Shown: positions 25,001 through 28,522, numbered from the stretch's first letter. The stretch is 64,000 nucleotides of DNA from Candidatus Nomurabacteria bacterium (GCA_020632015.1 JACKGI010000002.1:27121-91120), one strand, 5' to 3'. Notes: generated by a model not told the origin, from the letters alone. Program-made: numbers and translations.

Positions 25001-25544
25001 GACTTCATGTACATTGAGTTGTAGTGCAGACTTCCAATTCCACACTGATTCAACTGACTCAGATGGTGGGGAGCAATGGTATGCCTTCATGGAAGTAAGT
25101 GATATGTCCGGAGGACTAGACTTTGGTACATCTCCAGGTGTTGAGGTGCTTACTCTCCGTGCTTTGGACGTACAAAATGCTATTGGTTATGGAGTAGTTG
25201 ACGTCAATCAAGACACAGGAACCTTTAATCCATCAACTTCAATCGTAAACATTGGAAACGAGGCAATCGACGTTCAGGTTGCTGGTACTGATATGACAGA
25301 CGGTGTTACTTCGGTGATTCCAGCTACCCAACAAAAGTTTGCGACCACAACCTTCGATTACGCATCCTGTGCAACATGTAACGCGCTTTCAGTAACAGGA
25401 ACAAATATTGAAGTTGATTTGAGTAAGCCAGTTGTGGATGATCCGCTGATATCAGACGATATCTATTGGGGTATTGCCGTTCCGTTTGGCACAGCAAGCA
25501 ATCCACACACAGGTGTAAACACATTTACAGCAATTTCTGATTAA
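1068..25544 (+). CDS. Giant secreted modular surface protein (8,158 codons as drawn): signal peptide, acidic low-complexity stalk, repeated DUF2341-like + LamG/concanavalin-like modules, beta-helix-like G-G-x-F-x-N repeats, FN3/Ig-like modules, and a C-terminal module shared with 29839..31701
   Basis: Single uninterrupted 24.5-kb ORF. GTG at 1068 is the most upstream start. ATG at 1158 (preceded by AAAAGGAA) gives a classic signal peptide MRAVFGVLAKKKFVSTLVLAISVAGLLPFVHA/QFF. Recurrent motifs FP(V/I)YVDLS..FW..V..DG.DIR(V/I)T and (Y/F).G..DE(L/V)R(F/I) are read directly from the translation. An Asp-box-like SVDSGLTW lies near 2285. Confidence 0.9.
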   Translation: MGSNVQVKHFRFHNLRENRIKTLFKAPKRNMRAVFGVLAKKKFVSTLVLAISVAGLLPFVHAQFFADAVVVRTVNVFPSKISAEGWSNAETITFQNLDEYALLQEFNAINSATIDTSRAKLIDKNKLDQNEVHDILDNSDEATSTSSNETASTSADNTSVLNDDETVTGSADNSATSTQEVQFGLPSESSEEEVLNESEALPTQNTSTVPIVDEEPEQEQDTPASIDEATTTVMRKAESFFALAVSTVTALFDEASTTENEIDEVLEEVIDGGTDVPAPVSVETEEVDEEVGYASSTTIETVVEDEVESSASTTELQETVNEDLIQDEVVDDTEESVVEEVEEVEGIQEVTDCADDCVPYVISMSDFGFPLGENVEISGAQFRLSFAAKKKITREHIPQFSIRYSVDSGLTWSAGGVIIIDDEISNSINGGYFLFSLPEIDSQSALDSLKVELVYKDNPEVLDELYVESAWLEMFTLESSTEEATTDFLELLADDGYQDKVLSGDELVLPDGKELDFKFTDDNEDETLIIKTNESTYKGLSEVTTYFSVTNTTNDEEDFSVQTYFPNGVGEVTSLEVFNQNKPRQVVIPEYRPYVYHCEDGWDYVGQVVPATLKELSEQLSDTEEAEEVNDIDFSLPTTTIPELDGSLDDSSSNTTTTVLKHLPSISQLMQFSGTTSIENLEVSSSSDGVDSTVSSEDEVDQVPAYSCRNTNIVRECDELDGGNTACRMNQVKVQDHDVTKYAPGWDVVDIASGSVPKPSLLRRVAEFIGFGPDRKEVPDNFEVRVHTPEKHTIAPGETKYFRMDISFPPFTNGEYWIEAIGNSEYGLLDPFWSSQWSYRMPIQIDNSTGTNQTEYQVFMELDSSLSDFWSNVNSDGSDIRFVQEVAQSNLNSVIGETSDNEYNPSWTGRVALTIPASSLDETLTNFPVYVDLSTLGDDFWSNVESDGKDIRITTADGSTETAYDLVAINTGAKTGQLHFLAPSLSNASDNTFHIYYGNSGATAYAPGDTYGRENVWINDFIATYHLEEDSAGAGNAGLYVDSTSNSYDADDEITSTGKTGQLGLGQEIRARESVLDDYILYPSAVVNNQNELTMSFWINTSQTGDQAILNAGANNELIVFLQNTNLTLYNGGTSDTFALDSTVIGTGWKHMTVIRDANNDEWSLYIDGVADNQNPLSETMSAMSVPANCVLSGLEQDGSCLNSGAANQHYDGYLDEVRFSSTTRSSGWIAAEFDNQSAPTTFYSTSTNGIGQAPVTGWFSTSWDKRQLITIAGSNVVDDVTDFPVYVDLSMMGDDFFDDVASDGRDLRVTAWDGRTELPIEVVNIDTGAKTGQIYFKADLVSGVLDNEFYLYFDNSDADFYDRTDTYGSDNVWTNGFQAVYHLEENIAGTGNIDAYKDSTSNQYDGDDENNSSGKTGLFGAGQEFGIDSVDYISLPYQAMDGLTDTTVSWWHVTASSTDDMTILSGANATQFNEFWTRFDNSTRYFHYYQGAGEQFNLDNPTTYNDETWQHFLVTSEDAIDSMNLYVNGVGDNENPDPQPIAALDIAPGGLIVGQDQDALGGNFSTAENFEGFLDELRIASVVRSAEWAELEYENMANQATFIATSSVETLTPTQFVELDFWIQHFDNTADEADIWVQVADLQAGTSTTIYMYYGNSGAPSVSDEFATFSYSTSTDIFYVTDNHGASSIRVQSLVDNNEVSIDGGTPVSLQQGESTTFGTFTGASVISVLGPISGTVTGASTDGGDMLAPISFATTTFAIPSSRSVDRWYTYAPFASTTVRIYEGASATALNTINVNQGAVGTLNTDITDTAQGADGAGAVVEASSPVLLSHRTTNPGDGMVMYPPTERDIFGVNNQYMHFSALASNSDPLLSCSAGSGGTLSGITRGDQEADASCTAGTEGSGAAVRASAQASPITAIGQADSDGNESTVFWPQHEFGTRYAMTNTSAYAAIVCSPRFGSVDLEIQDSTGNQIEIGTCTPGASTPGKAFFNNGNGANGDAANFAAGAQIVSTNGVPFYVIYEDVSNEQDEKNIAGSVQARKFDGTVSKDYTFGAQEIANDAEYEQLSFLWYENSALNTPVDKWPLNATEFVSEGEAIRGAGAIDDGDELRLRMNLTVSNATGTVGSEAFTLQYTSAEAGQCDAVIDWFDVGEQGSTTAIFAGLDNSGISDGVRLATTTLADSTIPGSYEERNYSELIPEDVAPGETIEFDWVIVANDVDVNTNYCFRMVRASGGALKTYTTYPELETVGPPNTPTNATFFDNEKTTSLTPVLEFSAVDIAGDDIHYRVQIDDDATFGSVNVDRNSEDDFTQFENLVLPSDKAPFISGNRIRFTGATELSPTTTYWYRVSASDPGGSATSSDWSTPTSFTTDTVISISEWFQTTTEQFETNSYSGVTIGSGQVSVASSPGTMTSTPIDFDDAVVGNAWGEIDWSDTETSGEITIQVQYNDNGTWKLIPNTDIPGNLVGTTTSPINILSLDTDEYNEIRLVAKFTGTTLSLQDWVVRWALRVDTPTQGDLFDNQKVNTTVPVFDFYSTDPQGDDLEYEISFSTDIDFLVSSSTFNSSTSPGFASQQYTSGDTVLYTTQIGDAFTDGETYWWRTRAKDPDGGNAWSPWAEPDSFTVDTGISLSTWFQTTKEQFEQGFGEGTTASTSGSVVVSTDIGEYGTVSLTNNNEVTITTQLSYENMVVVASPEYNSTSYLDARTPRVYDKTANTFKIKVDDYTGAFSGSTVVDYIVMEAGDWTLEDGSSGFRVVAGTESVTGVQNQPYANGVGSIVTFSPAFSTAPVPLATVSSNNDSTWTGVAIDDGVGYQNEVTTTQMGLSLSKSRSLLSHSQAEDIDYIVFAPVIGTNNGTKFRSFNSVDSVDDYPLNGGHAQALGAGFTATPGVTVTANNGTDGGDGGFVFKNLVGTQSNTSLFLSVHEAGATADQHTQEIASIVAFEGSSGIIKRQNTGSLSGTFTGEDIIFSDGSGPKFDNFSWNATTTGGSSVLMQMQYQVSEGVYALIPDTEIPGNSSGTTTSPIDLTGVDINLYPQIRAFATLTCNAGNCPSINDWKLEWSEGVNMSGTLKGYDRLTNIATGTVKVAVNGTILAGATDGVVSGGVWSMGNVSALAGQIVTVFVDNVVDSEEAVASFVYDGLGDITGVELFQQHLSLSADELGTTTNALLALNDSSALGEEDIFFEVDGSNNLSVCGTGACSDASLYVGPDNIYIPAEAGGVSVSTNNFINDGKVELDSNTMRVNGSWDNNSIFVPNTSSVIFTATTSATTTSLSWYNTNWLSRTEITIASTTINSSLTDFPIYVDLSDLDTAFFDNVSPDGADIRITESDGLTELPVELVSIDTDAMTGELYFKGDLSTAADNSFFIYFDNQSASAYASSDPYGSEAVWSNGYLVVYHMNQTSAVDSTAYSKNGTATGDSLSTTTGRIGTGVSIIDNGGSDYINIGDNLSELTGLSGMTVSAWVNISDDSDDDSFFTRDTSGATPILMWDNISGTTDNDTYTFNVGNTGVGGNRVDGATGASIGDQWQYVAGVMSSGNRTVYVDGSSSGTNTGGVTTIPANSSGATIGYWGGSSNFDFSGTIDEFRISTTSRSADWIDAEYNNQNDASTFYVTNAPINYIDYSAGLNTLEDEDGILDFYNVTFGETSGYSTWLPQELMDINGSLTVSNGILSRDDIAIRVAGNITTGAGGYWEGTATTTFDGSGAGKTWTDNNPVSQNIGDVVIDGASTIVSITTDVAAYDIRIGANDTLVGGSGNLIAVGGDWVNQGTFNAETSSVEIMVDDREYPATVLGSQDWYADNNFVNRVPVVIDDALVPSNVSNFPVYVDLSLLGDSFWSNVTSDGRDIRVTTSDGQTELPIDLVEIDTTAKTGELHFLADNISSTIATSFFIYYNNIAAVAYGPEDTYGRNAVWAEYEAVYHFTDDPTAVSNVITDATGNNYNLVVESTGLATSSGQLGLGADMNAIAGRFRASNFRWEAGDPLTTSGWYKMSAANVEALWQFGTGAQPDNLYFEPWDNGTDRGQYIFGNTTGSTYNFSPRDTLNWSHFTTIGATSTSDSNYVYVDGILRETQAQTVANPSNTDGNGLQIGRNGTAGDWDGEVDELRFAAVLRGADWITTEYNNQYTPSLFFATSSAQTYIPDLVIDSATHDITAGGSAFNNLTINDATTTAAFTESSVVVNGDFTVATGTIALPTGVLTIGGSFLNSGYFMHNNAEVRFVGSGSESITLNGTEFFNVLYDVTFDGSGTFTFTDTNATTTNDLVIDDGSVVFPSGVMAIGGTLDVDGGSFNANGGLVKFVSAENENIKTGGSSFNDVVFGSESTSAGWYGVAWDGRVKIDIASTSVLSTLTNFPVFVDMGNLGAGFWSGVTTDGRDIRVTLADGKTEVPVEVVEIDTGGDSGELHFLAPVLYSNTDTTFYVYFGNEDAEAPAPDSTYGSEAVWFEYEAVYHFSGDLQLGEEDSTSNNRDLAPSVGTPSTTPGLMGSALDTTDQNVMLEDADWTWTSGEDLVSSGLYFMTNFDTGALWEFGSSCPNDNCLAFMPWYGSVTQGYHRFGESSGNNYDFARDNSVWHHFTTLGRATDGEEVEFYEDAVLQDFYTQTPTGANPSQTGLQIGRYTTNTYMDIDVDELRFATTTRSFEWINTEYTNFTDVNNFYATTSQTYIGVVPSFTLDEAVTDADGDVSIAFANLVAPTSNFTIGGSALNTNGSYDSNTATTTFNSTDTGETVDFGTGEFYNLSFNGVGGGWTISTTTVANNASLVTGSEFTLSPKTTMSVGGIFSNSFSSASTTWTDSTLVLSGGDYVVTGRLDSGDDYATLVVSNDSDLVIWNSSISTSSIRDTSSIYMPDFNGNNGTLRIYGDYTRLSGTEYWSYDTDFDGTDLTGGSERPVTVEIGRSSAIVFATSTTLEMLGATGATTTVSSISGIYSLNVNAGTLNAQYASLQNTGPKGLYLSNGTSITNLDTVDFSVAGGRSGLTADADTINAQPTSEYSNIQFATSSANSIYEPQWTDQVIVSVQSSALYEDFTEFPVYIDLSTLGSDFWAGVQSDGRDIRVTTDNGLELPIDLVEIDTSAQTGELHFLAPSLSSTENTPFYIHFNNPSATAYEPSDEYGANSVWVNYEAVYHFNEDPAVSITDMSGNNRNLFPLVGTAATTTGLLGTALDTTASNVVLVNGGWVWTAGEDLISSGLYYQDAFDTGALWAWSSTCPTDNCIAFMPWYDNATRGYHRFGETTGNDYNFTRDNSIWHHFTTIGRATDGEAVEIYEDNILRDSYFQSSTGENPSQTGLQIGRYGGGTYMDINVDELRFATSVPSVNRMDAEYTNLTDVTSFYATSSAQSFFYNVTAEGVPSTFWLFSAGTGNIYGEAFDNDDGDPGSIQWDDSNYAVSISGTVYSDDGVTPQGFPLCNNSTEVVTVVLDGVTTYTAPCNPIDGSYEVSGIVYTGEPQITTYINSEATETQVNAGIYAETSGTGTVSSNLMTVSRPSAVDNSVLVLILGKDDDTPFGAPPAGWNTLHDYGDATGDQIGTGVWYKVVSDASTEPATYDFPVADNGEEFSYWMGTLINVDTVTPVDVASTWTKYQNNGSPSAQGITTVTNGALVLSAWYVDNDTEVVVPIYGWDSRVANLVSVGGNNLSVSSKLQETAGLTGSSTLYSAVSTRDPHAGQFAFRPASSPTATGTMVGAVVTKTPLGSTEPYAVVEQRDQTTGFGTVDAGLDIVVDMPAVENGDVVVAIVAREDEFTITPPAGWILGDFRSEITGNDMFTGIWYKVITNAGSEPATYNFTSNDTSIEEYSYWVGSFDGVDVTDVFDVDPLWSNLQNTSSPSAPAITTLRDGSYAIASWYVIDDAALDMPGSPWDSLAVDIQQASRLLAVAGRSMTTAGNTGAATLTNGSTDDVNVVQFSLNAAPISVTDRVTDMDIYQDRVIVRHENISPLTISDMIIFDNDDDSDLPFTATLGSPDNLTVESGSGLVVWNDRTFDAGGEIILSGSGSTIADGSLLLNPSATLLANLNDDIDIGGSLYLETGAVFNGASSTVNFASTNSGQYIGSGASSTITLYDIEFTGVGGNWAVQTPLVSQTGILVSTGTMSGIANVTVQNGSLSGNGLVDMTGGTVRINRNNTLGGTQPWSFNNLTLGNGINADITTPAGTATTTVRGVLTISAAHFLDANNSLWDLSGNGNVFVETGNFLEDTSTVRYSGATPNILRTTYHNLVVDTDKGGTVNATAPTIGLQVVNNLRVGALGTSTLNVNTNDPVFAVGGDLYIGTLGTIEASNLQALTLNGDWDNDGVFNANGGTVSMINTGGGATVAAGNSSFANLSIVSGNAYVFTESATTTNNMTLSAGNFTLNPGLTLAVGGAFTNTMSNINTTWTGTTLSLYSGTSFQISSKSVGDTYENIVLANNTHARLWNSTSTLVTTNGSSSLYSMNHQGVSGNLYIFGDYVNDGYNDYWSYKNDFDGAVLGTGRQANVLIEAGGSARYPSGSLYVIGTSTASTSIAVQSAGTYEFVIGGDAEVEMSFYKIRDTIIDGLVFTGTPNVIDLSNGDFEVAIPEGSAMTVGGTVIDVNPAKEFNLVGLATTTPINAYNVTATGTSASAWRFVNVIGNLDGEDKDVDPGGDPGYLTWQDSAAIINISGRVYSDEGTSVSAACDSTTENIYLSINGTTHATTTCNGDGLGGGTGAYSFTGISYGLGNTLTVYIDNEPEKAVTVTQDPISSISNLDLYENRVIIKHESGAPMTIADMGTWDSDDDADVLFDVDTSGSPDTLTLPADTKLIVWTGKSFAPNGDVTVSGGGAGDAKDGTVQLYNNASFIAANGESHTIGGSLILGTGSVFTPAESTVSFTSTASGRTVDTNESGFYNVNFTGAGAWTMSDTALLVGNDMTIGNGTITLPSGTTTISGSFDNTGGAFDANSGALVFNSPSGGNSIEFGGSDANLVMFTNSGSWTFADVDATTTDSFVVATGTVTLPSGILTISDDFVVEDTVVHSGGTVRLVGTGGGNLLTLNGSDLADLRVVAGAGDYTLTDVSASLTGDLFIESGTFTTGTGTLSIAGSFDATGGVFDSNSGTILFNSNDTGELIDPGSNDFSTVVIAGAGGGWTILNNATTTGNFTLSTGSSFTMSSGTVLYVGGVFTNTLGGSATNWQGSNLVLDSGTEYETNLKSTPTERYNILTLGENTDISSWNSSATSTAVPASSSWYSQDHSGTDGSLYIYGDYHIATTTEYWSRAIDFDGAATSPRTVNVSIASSSAVSVDGGTLNMIGAAGATTTVNNQGTGRYSFFATSGNINASYYSFRNMDVDGLQMTGNIDVASLSNGDFEIAQDNSNAITINSSTINDNASLSVVNTRFADGGFTGGVNVSLDATTTNSWTFTGSIGDMWGEAFDVDGVDDCSSIRWDDSACLLTEQTTYRWRNDNGGEGAPIGTWYNTSWSARKRVRVINDDPSAYNDVAVKLTVAYDSDMQSDFDDLRFTDSSGTTTIPYWKERFTTGSEAIVWVKVPSMATSSVTEIYMYYGNVGASSASDPSNVFDTYEDFEDNDITDYTGDNSLFATAGTLVYGGGYSLDASPNPNAKATDGIGTGSRTVYQGNIIRYMQYVDTSAGSGDEACTMFGVTGSVVNNQNYGVCLEQFGTDRVSLVKNVVNTDSTGTKLATTTITYSTGWYEVEVDWQTNNTIDVSVYNSAGTLVATTSAVDSTYSTGGIGFTFWGQHGAWDSLVSWPRTDTKPTTFFGAEQVRSGATWAAPQDTAVGGFNIGQTARLRIGIENTGLPITNQKFRLEFAPKLAAPSCEAVSSGSFVQVPVLASCGSSAICMTTSASTTNNNPTTDHLVTDAGQFVPGKIVANTANQSTNIDVDQNQYTELEYSIKLTVNAVNDEYCFRVTDAGSLLDSYALLPELTLAFDPYIDTVTLNNGIDISLNPATTTTVIASTTVTDLNGVADLAYATTTFFKTSVGASCTPDNNNCYVATSTACSFTGCDATSCTLSCSADFQFHTDSTDSDGGEQWYAFMEVSDMSGGLDFGTSPGVEVLTLRALDVQNAIGYGVVDVNQDTGTFNPSTSIVNIGNEAIDVQVAGTDMTDGVTSVIPATQQKFATTTFDYASCATCNALSVTGTNIEVDLSKPVVDDPLISDDIYWGIAVPFGTASNPHTGVNTFTAISD
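3786..5885 (+). repeat. Two adjacent in-frame copies of a ~1-kb module (DUF2341-like segment + LamG-like segment) inside the giant ORF
   Basis: Copy 1 has FPVYVDLSTLGDDFWSNVESDGKDIRIT (FPVYVDLS at about 3846) ... YDGYLDEVRFSS. Copy 2 has FPVYVDLSMMGDDFFDDVASDGRDLRVT (about 4917) ... FEGFLDELRIAS. Degenerate partial copies flank them at about 3570-3720 and 5900-6070. Confidence 0.75.
10911..17080 (+). repeat. Four further copies of the DUF2341-like + LamG-like module (starting about 10911, 12478, 14064, 16095), separated by beta-helix-like spacers
   Basis: FPIYVDLSDL at 10971, FPVYVDLSLL at 12537, FPVFVDMGNL at 14124 and FPVYIDLSTL at 16155. Each is followed by DG.DIR(I/V)T, a conserved ELP..(L/V)V.IDT..G(E)L(H/Y)F stretch and a LamG-like half ending (V/I)DE(L/F)R(F/I). 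The copies at 14064-15050 and 16095-17080 are the most alike (CPNDNCLAFMPWYGSVTQGYHRFGE vs CPTDNCIAFMPWYDNATRGYHRFGE). An identical 19-nt run GAAGCTGTTTACCACTTCA occurs at 12819-12837 and 16434-16452. Confidence 0.75.
17498..18790 (+). repeat. Tandem pair of a ~195-aa domain of unknown function (P-P-A-G-W ... W-Y-K-V ... E-P-A-T-Y) inside the giant ORF
   Basis: Copy 1 (about 17498-18090): VLVLILGKDDDTPFGAPPAGWNTL..GVWYKVVSDASTEPATYDF..EFSYWMG..SPSAQGITT..SAWYV. Copy 2 (about 18212-18790): VVVAIVAREDEFTITPPAGWILG..GIWYKVITNAGSEPATYNF..EYSYWVG..SPSAPAITT..ASWYV. Confidence 0.7.
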
Positions 25545-25551
25545 TTCTAAT

Positions 25552-27141
25552 ATGTTGTCTTTACACAAAACATCACGTGCTAAACTTATGGTAATGAAAC
25601 TAAGGTGTACAAACTCGATAGCATTTTTGCTTTTGTTTACCATGCTGTTTTCTGTACCTTTTTCTTCCTTAAGAGCAGAAGATCAAGTGGCTCCGGAAAT
25701 CTCTGCAGTGGAAATTTCTCAAGTAAACGACACAAGTGTGACTATTACATGGGAAACCGATGAAGATGCAGATTCATTGGTAAACTATGGTTTGCAGCCT
25801 GATTACGGTATTGTCAGAATTCCAGTGGCCGATAGGACGTCGCACTCTATTACTCTTGATAACCTTGAACCAGGTAGAGTTTATTATTTCCGTGTTGTGT
25901 CAGCCGATGAAGAGGGAAACCAGGGGATTTCTGCAGATTACAGGGTGCAGACATCTGGCACACCACAAGCAGATGGTTCCGGCACTGCTGATGGACAAGG
26001 GGAGGGGACAAAACCTCAGGTTGGTGATGGAAGTAATCGAGATCCACAATCACAAATTACAACTGACTCACTCACCGATTCGGAGGCAACTCTTAGAGTG
26101 ATTGAAATGATTAATGAAATTAATAATCCTGAGCAACTGCAAGAAATTGTAAATGAAACAGTAAAGGCGATTGAGGGTATTACGGAAGACCTGACCATTG
26201 TGGGTCCACCAACAGTTATTCCAGAAACAAACACTGCAACTATAAAGTGGACCACCGATCGTGAAGCTTCATCTGAAGTGCGGTTTTCACCGACAAAAAG
26301 TTTCAATGGAGGGGTATACGCCTTCTCGCAGCAATCCACTGGAGGAAATACAACCGACCACGAAATTCAGGTTATTGGTCTAGATGCTTTTACAGACTAC
26401 AGCTTCAAGGTTCTTTCTACTGATACATTTGGTATTACAGGTGAAAGTCGAAATTACACCTTTAAGACAAAAGCAACAGCTCCAGGAATTAGAAACCTTC
26501 GAGTAGTTAAAGTTGAAGAGAACGCAGCGACTTTGGCTTGGGATACAAATGTTCCAGCAAAAGCCTTGGTTGAGTATCAGGACCAAACAACTGGAGCACA
26601 AAGCTCGGTTGGACGTCCTACACTAGCTACAACACACCAAATGCGACTTGCTGATCTAACTCTAGGTACTAGATATGTTGCCTTTGTTACAGCGGAAAAT
26701 TCAGGTGGAGACAGAGTAAGGAGTCAGCCAATTCAGTTTATTACCGTTAGAGATATTGCTCCGCCGATTATTACTAACGTTACAAACGAATCTACACTTT
26801 TCCCAGGTAGTGAATCAAGAATTCAAACTATTATTGAATGGGATACCGATGAACCAGCTTACTGTCTGATGACCTATCAAGAAGGTGTGGCTGGAGGAAC
26901 AGACCCTTACACGATTGAAAAAGAACAGGTCCAGTTTACAAGTAAACACGTAGAAGTGGTGGTCGATTTCGCGCCAGCCACGGTCTACCAGTTCCACTTA
27001 GAGTGTGAAGATGAGGCCGGAAATAAGGTTAAATCAGAGAATTTCGTTCTCTTCACTCCAATACAGGAAAAGAATATTATCGACCTAATCTTGGAGAACT
27101 TTGAAGCAACCTTCGGTTGGGTTAAGAATATAGGCGGTTAG
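25552..27141 (+). CDS. Secreted protein with four FN3-like domains
   Basis: The ORF starts 7 nt after the giant gene's stop. A signal-peptide-like MKLRCTNSIAFLLLFTMLFSVPFSSLRA/EDQ suggests alternative starts at 25588 or 25594. It has four ~90-aa units with the pattern (V/A)T(I/L).W.T(D/N).....V.Y ... Y.F.V.S.D..GN. Confidence 0.8.
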   Translation: MLSLHKTSRAKLMVMKLRCTNSIAFLLLFTMLFSVPFSSLRAEDQVAPEISAVEISQVNDTSVTITWETDEDADSLVNYGLQPDYGIVRIPVADRTSHSITLDNLEPGRVYYFRVVSADEEGNQGISADYRVQTSGTPQADGSGTADGQGEGTKPQVGDGSNRDPQSQITTDSLTDSEATLRVIEMINEINNPEQLQEIVNETVKAIEGITEDLTIVGPPTVIPETNTATIKWTTDREASSEVRFSPTKSFNGGVYAFSQQSTGGNTTDHEIQVIGLDAFTDYSFKVLSTDTFGITGESRNYTFKTKATAPGIRNLRVVKVEENAATLAWDTNVPAKALVEYQDQTTGAQSSVGRPTLATTHQMRLADLTLGTRYVAFVTAENSGGDRVRSQPIQFITVRDIAPPIITNVTNESTLFPGSESRIQTIIEWDTDEPAYCLMTYQEGVAGGTDPYTIEKEQVQFTSKHVEVVVDFAPATVYQFHLECEDEAGNKVKSENFVLFTPIQEKNIIDLILENFEATFGWVKNIGG

Positions 27142-27180
27142 TCTATATTGTGGATGAGAGCGATTTTTCTCACATAAGGA

Positions 27181-27189
27181 TGCGATAAT
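27181..27189 (+). promoter_or_regulatory. Candidate extended -10 element (TGCGATAAT) 8 nt upstream of the ABC ATPase start codon
   Basis: TGN + GATAAT at 27181-27189 with the ATG at 27198. No Shine-Dalgarno motif lies in between, so a leaderless or near-leaderless mRNA is possible. Such hexamers can arise by chance in AT-rich DNA. Confidence 0.3.
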
Positions 27190-27197
27190 ATCTATAC

Positions 27198-28520
27198 ATG
27201 GCAAAACCGCTCATTATAGCTAGGGATCTTTCGATTATTTACAACAAGGGTAAATCAAACGAATTTAAAGCGCTTTCTGGAGTCAGTACTGACATTTTTG
27301 AGGGTGAATACATCATTCTCTTTGGTCCCTCAGGGTGTGGAAAATCAACCCTCATGTATTCTATTCAGGGTTCTTTACCTCCGGGTGAAGGTACACTTTT
27401 GATTAAAGGAGACGACGTGTACTCGTACCCGCCTGCTGAGCGAGTCTACTTTCAGAGGTATGTGATGGGTATTATTTTCCAGTCATTCAACCTTATTCCC
27501 TCACTTTCTGTGTTAGACAACGTGGCACTCCCGATGATTTTTTGTGATGCTGACAAAACAACACGTGATAGAAGGGCTCAGTCCCTACTTGATCGTTTTG
27601 GAGTAGGGCATGTATCACACAAGATTCCAGCCATGCTTTCTGGAGGTCAGCAACAGCGTGTCTCGGTATCGCGTTCCATGGTTAACGATCCAAAGATTTT
27701 GCTAGCCGATGAGCCAACCGGAAACCTGGACTCGGTTTCAACCCAACAGGTAATGGATAAAATTGATGAAATTAATACCTTTGATAGACGAACAATTATC
27801 ATGGTTTCCCACAACGCCGCACACTTGAGCTACGCTCACAGAGTTTATTACCTCAAAGACGGAAAAGTGGTACGTGAAGTTGTAAATCCACAGAGAAAAC
27901 AAATTAAGCCAGTTAGAGAAGGGGAGACTATTGTTACTGAACTCGAGCAATTGGCAAGGTTGTTCCCTTATGATTCAGTGGAGACACTTAGAGTAAAAAG
28001 CTTGGTTAACTACTTAACTCAAGATTATTCATTCGACCAGTTAATGAGACTTGAAAAAGCTACCTCATTGTTTATTCAAGGAAAAATTGATAGAGATTCC
28101 TACATCAAAAGCCTTATTCTTCCTCTCGAAAGAGGCGGTGTTCAGGTGGATGAGAAAGAAGCAAGGAGAATGTCCACTATTGCGCAAAAAATGATTACGC
28201 AAGGAGATGATATTAGACGTTATCGAGCAAGAAAAGATAATGACGGTATCTTCTTTAGTCAGCATAAGCTAGCAGAAAGAATGAAGGAGCACTTGATTCA
28301 TGGTCACAGAATTAAGCTTTCAAAGGATCAGGACAAGAACATGGTCGAAATGATAGCCGACAGAGTAACTGGTGTGATAGAAGATGAGGAGATGAATGAA
28401 CGTATGATGAAAGGAGTCCGTTCAGGAGGTATGGCGTTGAGTGAGAAAGAAGCGGACGATTTGACTCGATACTTTGAAAAAGTGATTGCTCAAGGAGTTG
28501 ATGTTAACTATAAAAACTAA
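27198..28520 (+). CDS. ABC transporter ATP-binding protein (MacB/LolD/FtsE-like NBD) with a ~210-aa C-terminal helical extension
   Basis: The first ~225 aa carry Walker A GPSGCGKST, signature LSGGQQQRV, Walker B ILLADEPT and H-loop MVSHN. A non-ABC extension follows, with an internal repeat (ERGGVQVDEKEARRMSTIAQKMITQGDDI vs RSGGMALSEKEADDLTRYFEKVIAQGVDV). Confidence 0.9.
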   Translation: MAKPLIIARDLSIIYNKGKSNEFKALSGVSTDIFEGEYIILFGPSGCGKSTLMYSIQGSLPPGEGTLLIKGDDVYSYPPAERVYFQRYVMGIIFQSFNLIPSLSVLDNVALPMIFCDADKTTRDRRAQSLLDRFGVGHVSHKIPAMLSGGQQQRVSVSRSMVNDPKILLADEPTGNLDSVSTQQVMDKIDEINTFDRRTIIMVSHNAAHLSYAHRVYYLKDGKVVREVVNPQRKQIKPVREGETIVTELEQLARLFPYDSVETLRVKSLVNYLTQDYSFDQLMRLEKATSLFIQGKIDRDSYIKSLILPLERGGVQVDEKEARRMSTIAQKMITQGDDIRRYRARKDNDGIFFSQHKLAERMKEHLIHGHRIKLSKDQDKNMVEMIADRVTGVIEDEEMNERMMKGVRSGGMALSEKEADDLTRYFEKVIAQGVDVNYKN

Positions 28521-28522
28521 TC

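Noticed and set aside
1068-25544. Giant protein as a classical type I secretion (RTX) adhesin served by the adjacent ABC transporter
   Set aside because: The protein has an N-terminal Sec-type signal peptide and no C-terminal GGxGxD nonapeptide repeats. The ABC system has a separate NBD and an FtsX/MacB-type permease rather than a fused T1SS exporter. No membrane-fusion or TolC-like genes are present.
25787-26101. Out-of-frame + strand ORFs inside annotated genes (also 30884-31177, 32860-33144, 34380-34613, 44164-44484)
   Set aside because: They overlap frames that carry clear domain signatures (FN3, Cys-rich repeat and others), while the alternative frames give featureless sequence.
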